DNA of 63,151 nucleotides, filler included, from Collodictyon triciliatum (Eukaryota): NCBI GenBank assembly GCA_043381765.1. It is 7 parts of 7 records of this genome, joined end to end, with 100 filler letters (N's around TTAATTAATTAA, not from the genome) between each part and the next. Parts side by side here need not be neighbours in the genome. Positions count along the whole stretch, not along the records: positions 43,624 to 54,413 come from JBHJMP010002561.1; positions 54,514 to 61,050 come from JBHJMP010002608.1; 5 more parts are not named here. One strand, 5' to 3'. Shown piece by piece: positions 44,381 to 58,865 of this stretch (position 1 is its first letter; each line of letters starts with the position of its first letter). The notes under the pieces were generated by a model. It saw only the letters and a program-made list of their open reading frames with translations, ran no database searches and was not told where the DNA came from. The position numbers and the translations under genes were made by a program.

Positions 44381-47300
44381 ATGAACGTTGAGATTCTAAA
44401 GATTGCAATCAGTGTTGATGAGGTAGACACCTGGCGTAAAGAAATTTTTTTTATTTCTTTTTCATAAATTATAGAAGAATTCTCATTTAATAATTATTTA
44501 GGTCTCTTCTAGCTGGACCTCCCATCAAGCGAACCACCCAACAGCTGGAAAAAAAACCGTCACGAATGAAGTCGGTGATGCAACTGATTTCGTCAGGCTG
44601 ATTAAACAGCTCTTCGATGCTTGTTCTGGTGCTTACAATCCACCCAGGTCTTCAGTTTTTTCTTTTCTTTTTTCTTTCTTTCAAATTCATGTGGTTATTT
44701 TATTATCATTACTGTCATTCTATAAATAATCGCATGAATGAAATAGCCCTAACCTTCTGGGCGTTGTCTGCGAAGGACCGCACAAGGCGAAGATTCGAGA
44801 AGAAATTCAAAGCGGGCTCATGATAGAGTCTAGAAATCTATGTAAATCTTAATTCATTACTAATTTGGTATTCACATCAACTGTTCTAATGAACACCAAA
44901 TATAAGCCAGTGTCATAATTTAATGAAAAATGTTTCGATGATAGACGAGTATGAAAGAAGCGGTCAAACTGCGATGAAGTCATCGCCACCAGATTACCTT
45001 GGAAGGGGATTGTGCTCTGAGCTCGTTATTCCTCCAAACATCGACCCGAACATTCTGAATGATGAAAATTGCTTCAACGAATCTGTCAGTCATTCATTTC
45101 GCAGTGATGGGATTTATGAGTTGGGTCCCAATATCAGAGGAGGAGGAAATGCTTCTTCACGAATGGCCCGCTCCAATGCAAGCACCCCATCGCAAACACC
45201 CGGCGCCCCATCGCGAACACCCGGCGCCCAATCTGATTCATCAGTCGACGTTCTCGAAATTCTGTCCAAACTCAACGAGGCTTATCAGTCGACTTCAGCC
45301 AACTCAACACCTGGTGAGTTACCAAACATATCCATACAACTGACTCAGGTGCTGGCGTCTCAGTTATTAATGAGCCCTACCAAGGAAGAGGATATTAAAA
45401 TCGTTGAACGCCTTGTTGCGCTTCATATTTCTTTGGTTGAGAGGCAAGCTGCCATTCAGAGTCAGAGCCAACGAGAACAAGTTGAAATTGCTGAGAAACA
45501 AGTCCAAATTGCCGAGAAACAAGCAGCCATCCACATTCAGAGCCAACGCGAGCAAGCTGACGTTTCTGAGAAGCAAAATGAATCAAAGCAAAGACTGATT
45601 CAGGGCCTTATCGACCAGCTCTCACGACTGCCAGCATCTCAGCAAACTCCGCAAGTGATTGATTCATTGGTGCGCGTTATTTTGCCACAAGTAGCACCAT
45701 CAAGCTCTGGCCAAACAAATGCAGGCATGTTCTCACCCATGTCGCAATCTCATGGTAATCTTATCACCAATACAAATCAACAATCCGGCGTTAACATTAC
45801 TCCCACTATTCAATCGATTCCAACAAATCTTGTTGCAGTTCAACCAAAACCTCATAATGTTTCGCAAATCCCACCTCAACAAGGAGCAACACCGACAACA
45901 CTGGCATCAAATCAATCTGGAGCAAATAAACCCACACCACAACATGCTAGCAGTGCAACATATTCTACACAAAGTACTGGTAACACAAATCCTCAGGCAA
46001 ACGCAGTACCAAGTGAGTCAAAAAATCACCCGGGAGACAGTTATGCGAATGCCTCCGAGCTTTCAAAATCCATATCCGAACAACGAGACCAACAGTCTGA
46101 TAAATATAGCTTTGAAAAGATAAGAGCTCTTCGCATAATCAAGCTATTCATGAAGGAACAAACCGCTGATGACGAGAGCTTGGAAGAAATTACTGCACTG
46201 GCCCCAGCAGGAGACAAACTCATTTCGGAGAAGCTGATAACTGCTATTGGCACGATGATGGATAAAAAAATGGAGAAGCTGGACCGCCTGCTAAACGCCT
46301 TGAATATCGTTGTGGGGAATACACTGAAGGAGGATTTCGACCACACGTTGCTAGCTCAAGTCCTAGATATTCTGATAGACCGTGTCGGAACTCTCTTTTC
46401 TTCGGACGAGGCTTTATGTCAAAGGATATTGGACAGTCTGATTTCCATCTTGAATTCGCTGTGTATTTCTGGAGCATCAGGAATTCCTGAAGAAAAATAC
46501 AAATCATACAAGGAAACATTTGGACAGAGCTGGATTGAGAAGAAAATTGAGACTCGTGGGGAAGAAATCGAGAATAAGATGAAAATTCAATATGTTCAGG
46601 CCAAGAAATCTTTGTTCTGTGAGCTCCTGAAGCATATTGGCGATGGCCAGAGTCCAGTCGTGAAGAATCTGAAAATCGCTGGCAGAGTTGGACTTGGTTT
46701 GTTTAACGCTGCATCTGCTGCTTTCTCTTTCGATATCAGCGGCACTCTGGCATCATTGCAGGAGGTTGCGACCGCTGTTGGAGAAATCGATATCAAAAAG
46801 GATTGGTTTACATTCTATCAAAAATTTCGCGTCGGTTTATTTGTCAGTGCCGATGAGGCGAAAAAAGCGTGGGATTCTCAATTTTCAGGCAAGAAGGGCA
46901 AAGTTGGAGAAACCCTGGCATTCCTAATTATTGATACAATTTATGAATGCTATCTCCACAAACACAATAGCTCTGAGGGACAAAAAGTTCTCGAATTGAT
47001 GGAGCATATCACACGTCATGAAAAATGGCTGAAAAGTGAGGTTATACACCAATTTGTGGAATCAAAAAAGCAAGAAATGACATCATATAAGCCAAATGAG
47101 TCAAAATTACCTACTGCACTTTTTGAAAAGGCTGGTAAAGACGAAAGAACTATTCAAGACATCATCGAGAATATCAAGGAAGAAACCGTTCGAAATGAAG
47201 ATTTCAAAATTCGTTTTAATACATACATCTCTGGCCAAGCCGAAAGAATTGTTGAGAAAGGAAAGGTGTTTGATGCCCAAGAATACATCCTGAATTTCTC

Positions 47301-50300
47301 TACATCACCAAAAGGAAAAGTGCTGCTCATACTTGGCGATTCTGGCTCTGGAAAATCACTGTTACAACAACATATTGTGCGATTGCTTTGGGAAACGTTT
47401 GAATGCGGAAAGGCGCATATTCCTTTGTATGTTGCCCTGACTTCGTTGGAAAAGCCCAGAGAAAACGCCATCGAAGAACTGCTTCTTTCTGAGAGTAAAA
47501 ACAGCTTCTACATCCCAGACTCTGATTTTCGAGTCGACCAAATTAAAGAACTGAAAAAGATGAAATTTATCATTTTCCTGGATGGTTATGATGAGATTGA
47601 AGATAGTGGTACATCCATTTATATTTCAAATAAGCTTGAAGAATGGCCCAACTGCAAGTTTGTGATTGGATGCCGCAAGCAGTTTTTGGACAAGAAATCT
47701 CAGTACCAATCACTGTTTGCACCCAAAGCTAGTCATGGATACTCTCTGGATGAAATATATCTGAGACCTTTTGAAACGAAACAAAGGCTTGATTACTTCA
47801 TCAAGTATGCTGAGAGAAATCCCATTGAAGGATGGGAAAATGGTGAAAGGTATGAAGAAGAGTTGAAGAAAATCAAAGAGCTGGACGAATTGGCTGTCAC
47901 TCCGTTTATGATTTTCATGGCAGCAACCACCCTGCCGTCTATACTGAAGGAAAGAGTTGAGTCGAAGTCGAATTTTAATGCAAAAATCCTGCGAACAGAC
48001 TTTCTGGACAAGTTTTCGAGGAGTTGGTTCGAGCGCGAAAGAGAAAAGCTTGAAAGTAACCTGTCGTTAAAGCAAAAAATGCCAGAGGATTTGGGTGGCC
48101 TTTTGGGAAGAAAATGCAAAAAAATTGCAAAGTTGATGCACGAAATAGAACGAAAGCCTTCCCTTCAATATTGCTACGTCGAAGGTGAACTACCAACTAA
48201 CCCACAATACGGAGAATTTTTCAATCCAAATCATGGCCATACCCTCGATGATGGGAAAACGCCTTCTTACTCGATATTTGTGCTACGATGTGCACCCATT
48301 AAGAAATCTAGTGCCACGACCTATGAGTTCTTCCACAAATCGCTCTACGAATTCTTTGCTGCTGAATACATCAAAGATGAAATTAATAGTTCCGATGTGG
48401 AGAATCAAGCTTCTGTCCAACCATCAACTGAAGCTCAAAATGTTGCATATTCTTCTGAAGCCGCGAATTCTAATAATGGAAAATCTGATGCAAAATCATC
48501 AAGCACGATGCTGTCCGATGTTGTTAATTCTGTGATGAAATCGAAAGTGAAGACAAATGTTCTGGATAAAAGGCTTGAGCCTGCCATTCTGCTCAATCTG
48601 AGTGAAAAAGTGAACAAAGACAATGCCTACAAAGACAATCTGTTTTCAATCATCGAGCAGTCTAAGACAGATGCAACCAAAGCGCAAGCTGCGTCAAATG
48701 CCATCACAATACTGAACTATGCTGATGTTTCATTCAGCGGCATGGATTTCAGAGGGATTCAAATTCCAGATGCCGACATGTCACAGTCTGTCGCTGATGG
48801 TGCTGACTTCACTGGTGCCAACTTGGAGGGTGTTTTGTTATACAATGCATTCATTTCAAACTGTGTTTTTGATGGCGCAAATATGAAAGGCGTTAATTTC
48901 GGACGCTTACCTGTGTTTTTGGGACATTCAAGCTCTGTCAACTGTGTTTGCAGTATTCAAGGACCGAATGGTGAAATATGGATGGCATCTGGAAGCGATG
49001 ATGAAACAATACGTATTTGGGATGTAGCCACAGGAAATCAAATCAAAACATTAGAAGGGCATACAAGTGGTGTCACCAGCGTTTGCAGTATTCAAGGACC
49101 GGAAGGTAAAAACTGGCTGGCTTCTGGAAACGCTGATAAAAAAATATGTGTTTGGGATGTTGCCACAGGAAATCAAATCAAAACATTAGAAGGGCATACA
49201 AATTATGTCACCAGTGTTTGCAGTATTCAAGGACTGAATGGTGAAAATTGGCTGGCGTCTGGAAGTGAAGATAATACCATACGTATTTGGGATGTTGCCA
49301 CGGGAATCCAAATCAAAACATTATATGGTCATGAAGCTACTGTTAGCAGTGTTTGCAGTATTCAAGGACCGAAAGGTGAAGAGCATTTGGCCTCTGGAAG
49401 TGTTGATACAAGAATACGTATTTGGGATGTAGCCACAGGGAACCAAATCAAAACATTAGAAGGCCATAGAGACGCAGTCAAGTGTGTTTGCAGCATTCAA
49501 GGACCGAATGGTGAAAGTTGGCTGGCTTCTGGGAGTAGTGATAAAACAATAAGTGTTTGGGATTTAGCCACAGGAAACCGAATCAAAACAATAAAGAGCC
49601 ATGAACAACCTATCACTACTATTTACAGCATTCAAGGACCGAATGGTGAAAAATGGCTGGCCTCTGGAAGTTGGGATGATACAATACACATATGGGATAT
49701 AGCCACAGGAAATCAGGTCAAAACATTAGAAGGTCATGAACAACCTATCACTACTATTTACAGTATCCAAGGACCAAGAGAGAGAAAAGAAAAAGGTTTC
49801 AAAGACCAAGAAAGCAAAAAAGAAATTATTCATGAACCAAATCATCAAAACTGGTTGGCTTCTGGAAGCAGTGATAAAAAAATATTTATCTGGGACATGG
49901 CCACTGGAGACCAAATCAAAAAGTTAGAAGGGCATACAGGCATTGTCACTAATGTTTGCAGTATTCGAAGACCGAATGGTGAAAATTGGCTGGCTTCTGG
50001 AAGTCTGGATAAAACAATACGTATCTGGGATGTAGCCACAGGAAGTCAAATAAAAAAATTAGAAGGTCATGCAAATGCTGTCAATTATGTTTGCAGCATT
50101 CAAGGACCGAATGGTGAAAAGTGGCTGGCTTCTGGGAGTGATGATAGAACAGTACGAATTTGGGATATTGCCACAGGAAATCAAATCATATCATTAAATG
50201 GACACACAGAATCTGTCAATAGTGTTTGCAGTATTCAAGGACCGGATGGTGAAAAGTGGCTGGCTTCTGGGAGCGATGATAAAACAATACGTATTTGGGA

Positions 50301-53300
50301 TGTAGCCACAGGAAACCAAATGAAAATATTGGAAGGTCACAGAAATGGTGTCTGTAGTGTCCGCGGTATTCAAGGACCGAATGGCGAAAAGTGGTTGGCT
50401 TCTGGGAGCGATGATAAAACAATACGTATTTGGGATTTAGCCACAGAAAACCAAATGAAAATATTGGAAGGTCACAGAAATGGTGTCTGTAGTGTCCGCG
50501 GTATTCAAGGACCGAATGGTGAAAATTGGCTGGCCTCTGGAAGTAATGATAAGACAATACGTGTTTGGGATTTAGCCACAGGAAACCAAATCAAAATATT
50601 AAAAGGTCATTTAGGACTAGTCAAGGGTGTCTACAGTATTAAAGGACCGAATGGTGAAAATTGGTTGGCTTCTGGAAGTAGTGATAAAACAATACGTATT
50701 TGGGATGTAGCCACAGGAAACCAAATGCATAGCCTGCAAAAATCGGAAATAACCTACGATGATAAGAACCAACTATTCATGCAAGATAAACCAGACGAAA
50801 TAATCGCAGTATTCAACGGAACAAGTGATGTGATGAACGTGATTGATACAAACAGAATTATGAACATGAGAACTGTTCGAATCATCGGCCCAAGAACACT
50901 AAAAGCTGCAAATACTCGCATTAACAAAGCTGAAATAGATACGATGAACAAGAAACTATTTCTGCAAGAAGGTGCTGCTTCCTTTGATGCGGACTTTGTG
51001 GTCTATTGTGAGCAGGGTAAGTTCACCAAGTTCCAAGCTCAAATGATGGCTGAATGCTATGAGAATGGGAGGAATGTTCAGAATGACGTTATACTATCTC
51101 TTAAATGGAGCATATTCAGCGGAAAAGCCGAAAAATTCAATAAGCTAAAGCAACTTGCACAACAGGGCTCTAAGAAGGCATTTCGTCTGTTGAAGGAAAT
51201 GGCTGCCATGAAGTATGATGGTGAATACAGTTATCCACCGGCCATTTCAATGGTTGCGGAATGCTATGAGAATGGATGGAGTGTTGAAAGGGACACTAAA
51301 AAAGCAACTGAGTGGTTTGGAAAGGCCGGAAACTTTGAAAAACCGAAGCAACTTGCCCAACAAAGTTCAAATATGGCTTGGAATGATTCAAAATCAAGAA
51401 CTCACGGATATATTGAGACACCCTTAAATGTATCAGAGCTTGCCAGAGCCATTTTTGAGAAAAGAGACCATCAATATGAACAGAATGCTGAGAAAAAAAG
51501 AGCAATGCGTATAATCAAGCTATTCATGAGTGAATCTACTATATATGACGAGAGCTTGGATGAACTCACTGCACTGGCCCCAGCAGGAGATAAACTCATC
51601 TCGGAGAAGCTGATAACCGCTATTGGCACGATGATGGATAAAAAAATGGAGAAGCTGGACCGCTTGCTGGATGCCTTAAATATTGTTGTGGGGAATACAC
51701 TAATAGAGAATTTCGACCACACGTTGCTTACTCAAGTCCTAGATATTCTGATAGACCGTGTCGGAACTCTCTTTGCTTCGGACGAAGCTTTATGTCAAAA
51801 GATATTGGACAGTCTGATTTCCATCCTGAATTCGCTGTGTATTTCTGGAGCATCAGGAATTCCTGAAAAAGAATACAAAGCATACAAGGAAATGTTTGAC
51901 CAAAGCTGGATTGAGAAGAAAATTGAGACTCGTGGAGAAGAAATCGATAACAAGATGCAAATTCAATATGTTCAGGCCAAGAAATCTTTGTTCTGTGAGC
52001 TACTGAAGCAAATCGGCGATGGCCAGAGCCCTGTCGTGAAGAATCTGAAAATCGCTGGCAGAGTTGGTCTTGGACTATTCAACGCTGCTTCTGCTGCTTT
52101 ATCTTTCGACATCAGCAGCACTCTGGATTCTTTGCAGGAGGTTGCCACCGCTGTTGGAGAAATAGATATCAAAAAGGATTGGTTTACATTCTATCAAAAA
52201 TTACGTGTCAGTTTATTCGTCAGTGTTGATAAAGCTAGAGAGGAATGGGATTCTCAATTTTCAGGCAAGAAGGGCAAAGTTGGAGAAACCTTGGCATTCC
52301 TTATCATCGACACAATTAATGAATGCTTTCGCTACAAACACATTACCTCTGAGGGGCAAAAAGTACGCGAATTGATGTTGTACATTACACAGCATGAAAA
52401 ATGGATAGAAAGCGAGGTTATTAACCGATTTGTGGAAACAAAAAAGCAAGAAATGGCAGAATATAACCCAAAAAAGTCAAAACTACCTACAACACTTTTT
52501 GGAAAAGCCTGTGAAGACGAAAGAACAATTCAAGACATCATTGAGAATATAAAGGAAGAGACCATTCGAAATGAAGAATTCAATAGTCGTTTTAATACGT
52601 ACATCTCTGGCCAAGCCGAAAGAGTTGTTGAGAAAGGAAAGCTGTTATATGCCCAAGAGTTTATTCTGAATTTCATTACACCTGAAAAAGAAAAAGAAAA
52701 AGAAAAAGTGTTCCTCATACTTGGGGATTCTGGCTCTGGAAAATCGCTCTTACAACAGCATATTGTGCGAATGCTTTGGGAAAAATTTGAATACGGAAAG
52801 ACACACATTCCATTGTATGTTGCGCTAACTTCATTGGAAAAGCCCAGAGAAAACGCCATCGAAGAACTGCTGCTTTCTGAAAGTAAAAACAGCTTCTACA
52901 TTCCAGACTCTGATTTCCGAGCAAATCATATCAAAGAACTGAAAAAGATGAAATTCGTATTTTTCCTGGATAGTTACGATGAGATTGAAGATGATGGAAA
53001 ATCATTTTATAATTCAAATAAGCTTCATGAATGGCCACATTGTAAGTTTGTGATTGGATGCCGAAAGCAGTTTTTGGAAAGGAAACCAGGTTATCAATCA
53101 CGATTGGCACCCAAAACCAGCTATGGTTACTCTCTGGACGAAATATATCTGAGACCTTTTGAAAATGAGCAAAGACTTAAATACTTCAACAAGTATGCTG
53201 AGAGAAATCCCATCGAAGGATGGGAAAACGGTGAAAAATATGAGGAAGAGCTGAAAAAAATCAAGGAGCTGGACGAATTGGCTGTCACTCCGTTTATGAT

Positions 53301-54413
53301 TTTCATGGCAGCTACCACCCTGCCGTATATACTGAAGGAAAGGGATGAGTCAAAATCGAAAGAGAATTTTAATGCAAAAATATTGAGGACGGACTTTCTG
53401 GACAAGTTTTCAAAGAGGTGGTTCGAACGCGAAAGAGAGAAGCTTGAAAATAATTTATCTTTGAAGAAAATAATGCCTGAGGATTTACCGATGTTGCTTT
53501 GGAATAAGTGCAAAGATATTGCAAAAGTCATGTTCCATAAAGGCCGCCCTGCTTTGGAGTACGAAAAAATTGAAGGCAAGGTAAAGAAGCACGAATATGA
53601 CGAGTTTTTCCATCCCAATCCAGACCATATGATTGATGGTGAGCTTACTTACTCATTTTTTGTACTGCGATGCGCCCCCATTAAGAAATCTAGCGCCAAA
53701 ACATACGAGTTCTTTCACAAATCGCTGTACGAATTCTTTGTTGCTGAATACAGTAGAGACGAAATCAATGGTTCCGATGCAGAAAATCAGGATTCTATCA
53801 TATCGCATGTTAAAGTTCAGTACGTTACGAGCTCATCTGAACCTGCGAATTCTATGCCTGAAAAATCTGATGCGAAATCTCCAATTTTCAAGCTGTCTGA
53901 TGTTGTTAATTCTGTGACGAAGTCAAAAGTGAAGACAAATATTCTTGATAAAAAGCTTGAGCCTGCTATTCTGCTCAATATGAGTGAAAAAGTGAACAAC
54001 GACAAAGCCTACAAAGACAACCTGTTTTTGATAATAGAGAAATCCAAGACAGATGCAAGCAAAGCGCAAGCTGCATCTAACGCCATCACAATTCTGAACT
54101 ATGCTGATGTTTCGTTCAGTGGCATGGATTTCAGAGGGATTCAGATTCCAAATGCTGATATGTCACAGTCTGTTGCTGATGGTACTGACTTCACTGGTGC
54201 CAACTTGAAAGGTGTTTTTTTCTATAATGCATTCATTTCAAACTGTATTTTTGATAAGACTAACATGAAATACGTCAATTTTGGTCGCTTACCTTTGTTT
54301 TTGGGACATTCAAGCTCTGTCAACTGTGTTTGCAGTATTCAAGGACCGAATGGTGAAATATGGATGGCATCTGGAAGCGATGATGAAACAATACGTATTT
54401 GGGATGTAGCCAC
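44381..54413 (+). CDS. Giant NLR-like STAND protein: helical - NACHT-like NTPase - pentapeptide - 13 WD40 - Sel1-like, then a second helical - NACHT - pentapeptide - WD40 module; 3' truncated
   Basis: Uninterrupted ~9.5-kb exon from ~44945; Walker A GDSGSGKS twice, Walker B FLDGYDE / FLDSYDE, YEFFHKSLYEFF twice, AASNAITILN plus pentapeptides twice. Three small 5' exons from ATG 44381 splice in frame. Confidence 0.9.
48919..50727 (+). repeat. Coding tandem array of 13 WD40 units, mostly 135 nt (45 aa)
   Basis: Consensus TLEGHxxxVxxVCSIQGPNGExWLASGSxDxTIRIWDVATGNQIK; unit 7 carries a ~21-aa insertion; units 11 and 12 are nearly identical. Confidence 0.95.
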
Positions 54414-54513
54414 NNNNNNNNNNNNNNNNNNNNNNNNNNNNNNNNNNNNNNNNNNNNTTAATTAATTAANNNNNNNNNNNNNNNNNNNNNNNNNNNNNNN
54501 NNNNNNNNNNNNN

Positions 54514-54750
54514 GAGATGTGGGAATGTGTCGTGCGATATCTCCCACAGCATATCCAACCCCTGCTACCCACGCAACCAATCAACCAGTTGGGACGCCCA
54601 CCTGACCAGCTCGCTACCACTGACTTCTTTCCCGTTCTACCCTCTCCATAGTAGAGTCTTCCCCTACTCGCGTTTGCTCTCTCCCATGCGCTCCCATCCC
54701 GCCCCTTTGTATGACATAACCTCGCTGCACTTTGAATCGAATAAAAAGAA
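54514..54750 (+). mobile_element. 3' end of a second copy of the LINE family, terminating in CTTTGAATCGAATAAAAAG
   Basis: 54514-~54630 is a close reverse complement of ~16980-17093, and similarity continues more weakly to ~54720. Confidence 0.85.
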
Positions 54751-56190
54751 TATTGGTGCCGTTTTGGACTAATAGCTATATTTTCCACTTGTGTACATTC
54801 GCCTGACCAAGAATAATGATTTAATCCGGATTATTGTAGCCCACATAGTGAATCTTCTGGTGATTTCCCTTGCGCAACGCATAAACCACAGATTCGATCA
54901 TTGGGTGTTTGGCTTGGTTGCGATTTCCTGCAAAGCCCACTGGAAAAAAGAAAGGAAAGAAAAATGGAGCATAATCTCCCATTGCCTTGCGCTCTCCTTC
55001 GTTGTTGAAACGGCCAGAGTTGCCTGGACTTGGCTACTCAGACGTAATCGGACGATCAAAAAACCAGTTTACACAACCCTCTATGGTATTTGAATATCAG
55101 CTTCTCTTGAAGCAGCGGGAGGGATTTTTTTGAGGAAGAAGGCCCGTGTTGGATGGTGTCTGTTTCCGTCCGTTGTTTGGCTGCATCAATGACGCAAAAG
55201 AAAAGGGAAGAAAGGGCTTTGGCTGTTTGGATATGACGGTCTATTTGGCTTCCAATATTGAGATATGAAGTTTGACGGCAGTGGTTCTTGGGATGCCCAG
55301 TCCTTTCGGCGTTTTGGTAAGCCCTCTCTATTATGTGCATGTGGAGAACAGTTGTAATAGGTTTTTTTTTTTCATATGGAGAATTAAGGTTTCATGGCCC
55401 AAATGGAAAAATTACCTATGTGAGATTGGGGCTCATGGACTCTAGTTTGCATATTTACTGTAACAGATAGAAAGTCGAAAGAATAATGATATGTACCACA
55501 CGAGAAGGAACCAGCAAAATAGCGATGTAAAAGAAGGAGAGGAATAGTAGAATCGAATGAACTGGGTGAAGTAAAACAAAACAAAAAACGAAAAGTATTC
55601 GTCCGTTGGTAATCACACCTATCAAGCTTCATCATGTATAGCTATTGGCCTGAGATAGGCATAAATCCATAGCATGTATCTCAAATCCTTCCTAGATATT
55701 ATTATATATGGCTTTTTTTTTTTTTACGTATGAAACTAGAATACCGGGAAAATCATATGACCTTAGAATCGCTTATATGCTCAAATAGGAGAATGTCTTC
55801 ACTAATTCATCTTCAATACATCAACATAAAGAATACCTTATTTTCCTCTTTAACAGAATGATTCAGCTAGACAATTGCCGAATTTCATTTTGTGATTTAA
55901 TCCCTTTTTTTTTTTTTTGGAATATCACGTGCTCATCATTACCATATCGACTGCAAACAAAACATCAGATATATATATATCAAAATATGCAACATTATTG
56001 GTTCATTCTTATCTGACCAAAACCATGGTTATTCATATGCGTATATTGTTGAATATGGAAACATACTACCAACTGCATATCTTTTTATTATGATGTAAAA
56101 ATATGCTTCCTTTGGCAGAACCCTTGTTTCTTCCAAGCAACACACAACCTCTGATATACCTCTGAATCGCACCCTTTTCATAGTCAGGTA

Positions 56191-58865
56191 ATGGAAGAAT
56201 TCGTGACGAAGTGGTCCAAAGGTAGAAACCCCAAGGACGTTAGAGAGCTCAATTTGGATGGGAATCGAATAGTGAATCTAAAATATCTTGAGCCCTTTAT
56301 GAACTTGGAAGTTCTATCTATGAATACATGTGGAATTCAAAGTCTTGAAGGCTTCCCTCATTTGCAAAGACTAAGCAAGGTTATTCATAGCAATATATCT
56401 CGTCCTCTGAAAAAGTTCCTTTGTACACAAAAGTGTAATGATATTATATTAACTAAAATATCTATTTGGCTAAATTATAAATACGACCATAACACAAACT
56501 GCATAGCTTCATCTCCGTGAGAATAAGATTTCGGGTGGCCTTGAGGCACTCTCAAAAGCCAACCTACCGATGCTCACTCGCTTGTATCTTAGCAACAATT
56601 TCATTAAATCCGTCGATGCGCTGACACCATTGGTAATTTATTTACCCTTCACGAAGAAGCTTATAATATGCAGAAAACTACATTTCTAGTATTAAGCTTT
56701 ATCATGTAAGTTTTGCTCTCGGTAAAATATGAAAAGAATATCACCTGAACTGAAAAAATCGTATGTTCCATTAGACCAACTTACCCAGACTTGCACATCT
56801 CGACTTGTATGAATCCCCTGTTACACACCGTGAAAATTATAGAGCCCAAGTCTTTGACTTACTTCCAGCCTTGGAGAGCCTGGATAAAATTGACAGGTTT
56901 ACTTTTTCTATAGATGTGACTACTGCGTACCTTCTTTTTTTTTTTATGACACTAGATAACCTGATTATTTTCTCTAAAACAGAATCAGTAGAATACAGTT
57001 GATATTGAATTATTCTCGAATATGTCCTCTTCATCCAGTCGCCTGGACTCAATGCAGTTATTTACAAATAGAAATAATCAAGAATATCCGTCAGAGTCAG
57101 AAAACGAAGAAGACGATTACCTGGAAGACGGCGATGAGGGAGAGGAAGAGGAGGGAGATAGTCTGAACGATGAAGACGAAGATAATGACTATGGAGAGCC
57201 AGATGGAGACGCTTATGGAAATGAAAGTGAAGGAACAGGAGAGGAAGAAGGAGAAGGGGTGGAAGACGGTGATGAAGACGATGAGGGAGACGATGATGAG
57301 GATGATGAGGATGACGATGATGATATTGAAGGAGATGACGAAGAAACCAGCAACCAGGCAGAAGGACGTAGTAGCGTTCAGGCAAGTCCTGAAAACTTCG
57401 ATTTTTAATTAATTTTAGAGATAATCCCCTCATTTTTTCTTATTTATAATCAAAATGCATCAATCAGGCAGTATCCGGTATAATCGAAAGCCAAGAACAA
57501 GGTATCAATTTAAGTGATTCCTAGCTATAGTGGATGCATGAGTTTAATCGAAATTACACGTATTCGCAAATGTAAACTCACCTCTAATTTGCGATAAAAT
57601 TTATATAAATTTGCCCATCGGCATCCGATGCATTCGTTCACGTAAGTACATGATAGCAAGAAATGACGCTAAAATAGCTCTTATCATAGCCATATAATAT
57701 AATACATATACTGTATATGTTCTCACAGGATGATATACTCGAACAAGGTAGTAGATGGTGAAAGTGTCCAGGATGACGAATATGCAGAAGAAGATATTGA
57801 TGACGACGAATTTGAAAACTCAGAAGATGGTCAGTTTGATATTTTATTCACAAAAGGATAAACATTGTATTCTGATGATTATTTCAATAAATCGTGGCTA
57901 ACAAATTCTTTTGTGCAATATTTTGCAATTAACTATAACAGGATATTCTGAGGTAATTTGAGGATTTACATATATGTGACCATGCAAACTTAATCGTGAT
58001 AACTTGTCTATACGACATTGATTCCTAATCATCGACACACTCTAATTCGAACTCATAGAATGAAGGCGATGATAGGAGGGAAACTGAACCGGTCGCAAAG
58101 CCCGAATCGTCCCAAAAAAGGAATGCAGCTGGAGATATTCACGTGCCTCTATCATATTTGCAGAAGGACTTGGACGTAAGTTTCTGCTTCAATATAACAT
58201 AGCTCTGATAAATATGCACAAAAGCGCGCGAAATATACCTCTTTATTTCAATATTTTCCTATGTATAGTAATTACATGGAAAGTGAAGGAATGGAAAGCA
58301 ACACCAACCTAATCGGTTTTTCTTTCCACATTGATATCAATATATGCCACTATTAGAGCGATGAAGAGAACGAAAACGAGGAGTACTTACCTGAGGGTGA
58401 AGAGGAGGAAGACTTGACAGACGACGACTTTGATTCACAAGATGAAGAGGAAGAGGCTGTTCATGAGGTACATCATCGAAACAAACAAAAACTATTGGTA
58501 TATGTTATGTTTTCCATATATGTATGTCTAAAAGCCTATATTTTTCTGAACGTATAATTTTATTTTTATTTTATTTTTTTGCTTTATCTACTTGCTTTTT
58601 TTTTCGGTTGCATTTTCTATAGAAATCCCCCTTTAAAAGTTTTATTTAGGTTGGATTGTTTAAATATCAGTATCTAGTATCATTTTAGTTGTTCCTTCGT
58701 TTCTTTATTCCTCTCTGTAAGAAATGGAAAGAAAAAAAAACGAGGCAACACTGGGTTGTGTTCAATTGTCCGTGTGTTAATTGATGATTCTATGCGGGCA
58801 TCCAGAATCCTGGGTCTGCCAAAAGAGAGCGAGAAACTGACGACCTTCCATCAGCCAAGAAGTAA
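56191..58865 (+). CDS. ANP32-like acidic leucine-rich nuclear phosphoprotein
   Basis: VRELNLDG, SLEGFPHL, NKISGGLEAL, YRAQVFDLLPALESLD (LRR cap), long D/E tail over several exons, C-terminal basic NLS-like KRERE...AKK*. Confidence 0.85.

Noticed and set aside
48919-50727. CRISPR-like repeat/spacer periodicity
   Set aside because: Units are in-frame WD40 coding repeats; no cas genes.
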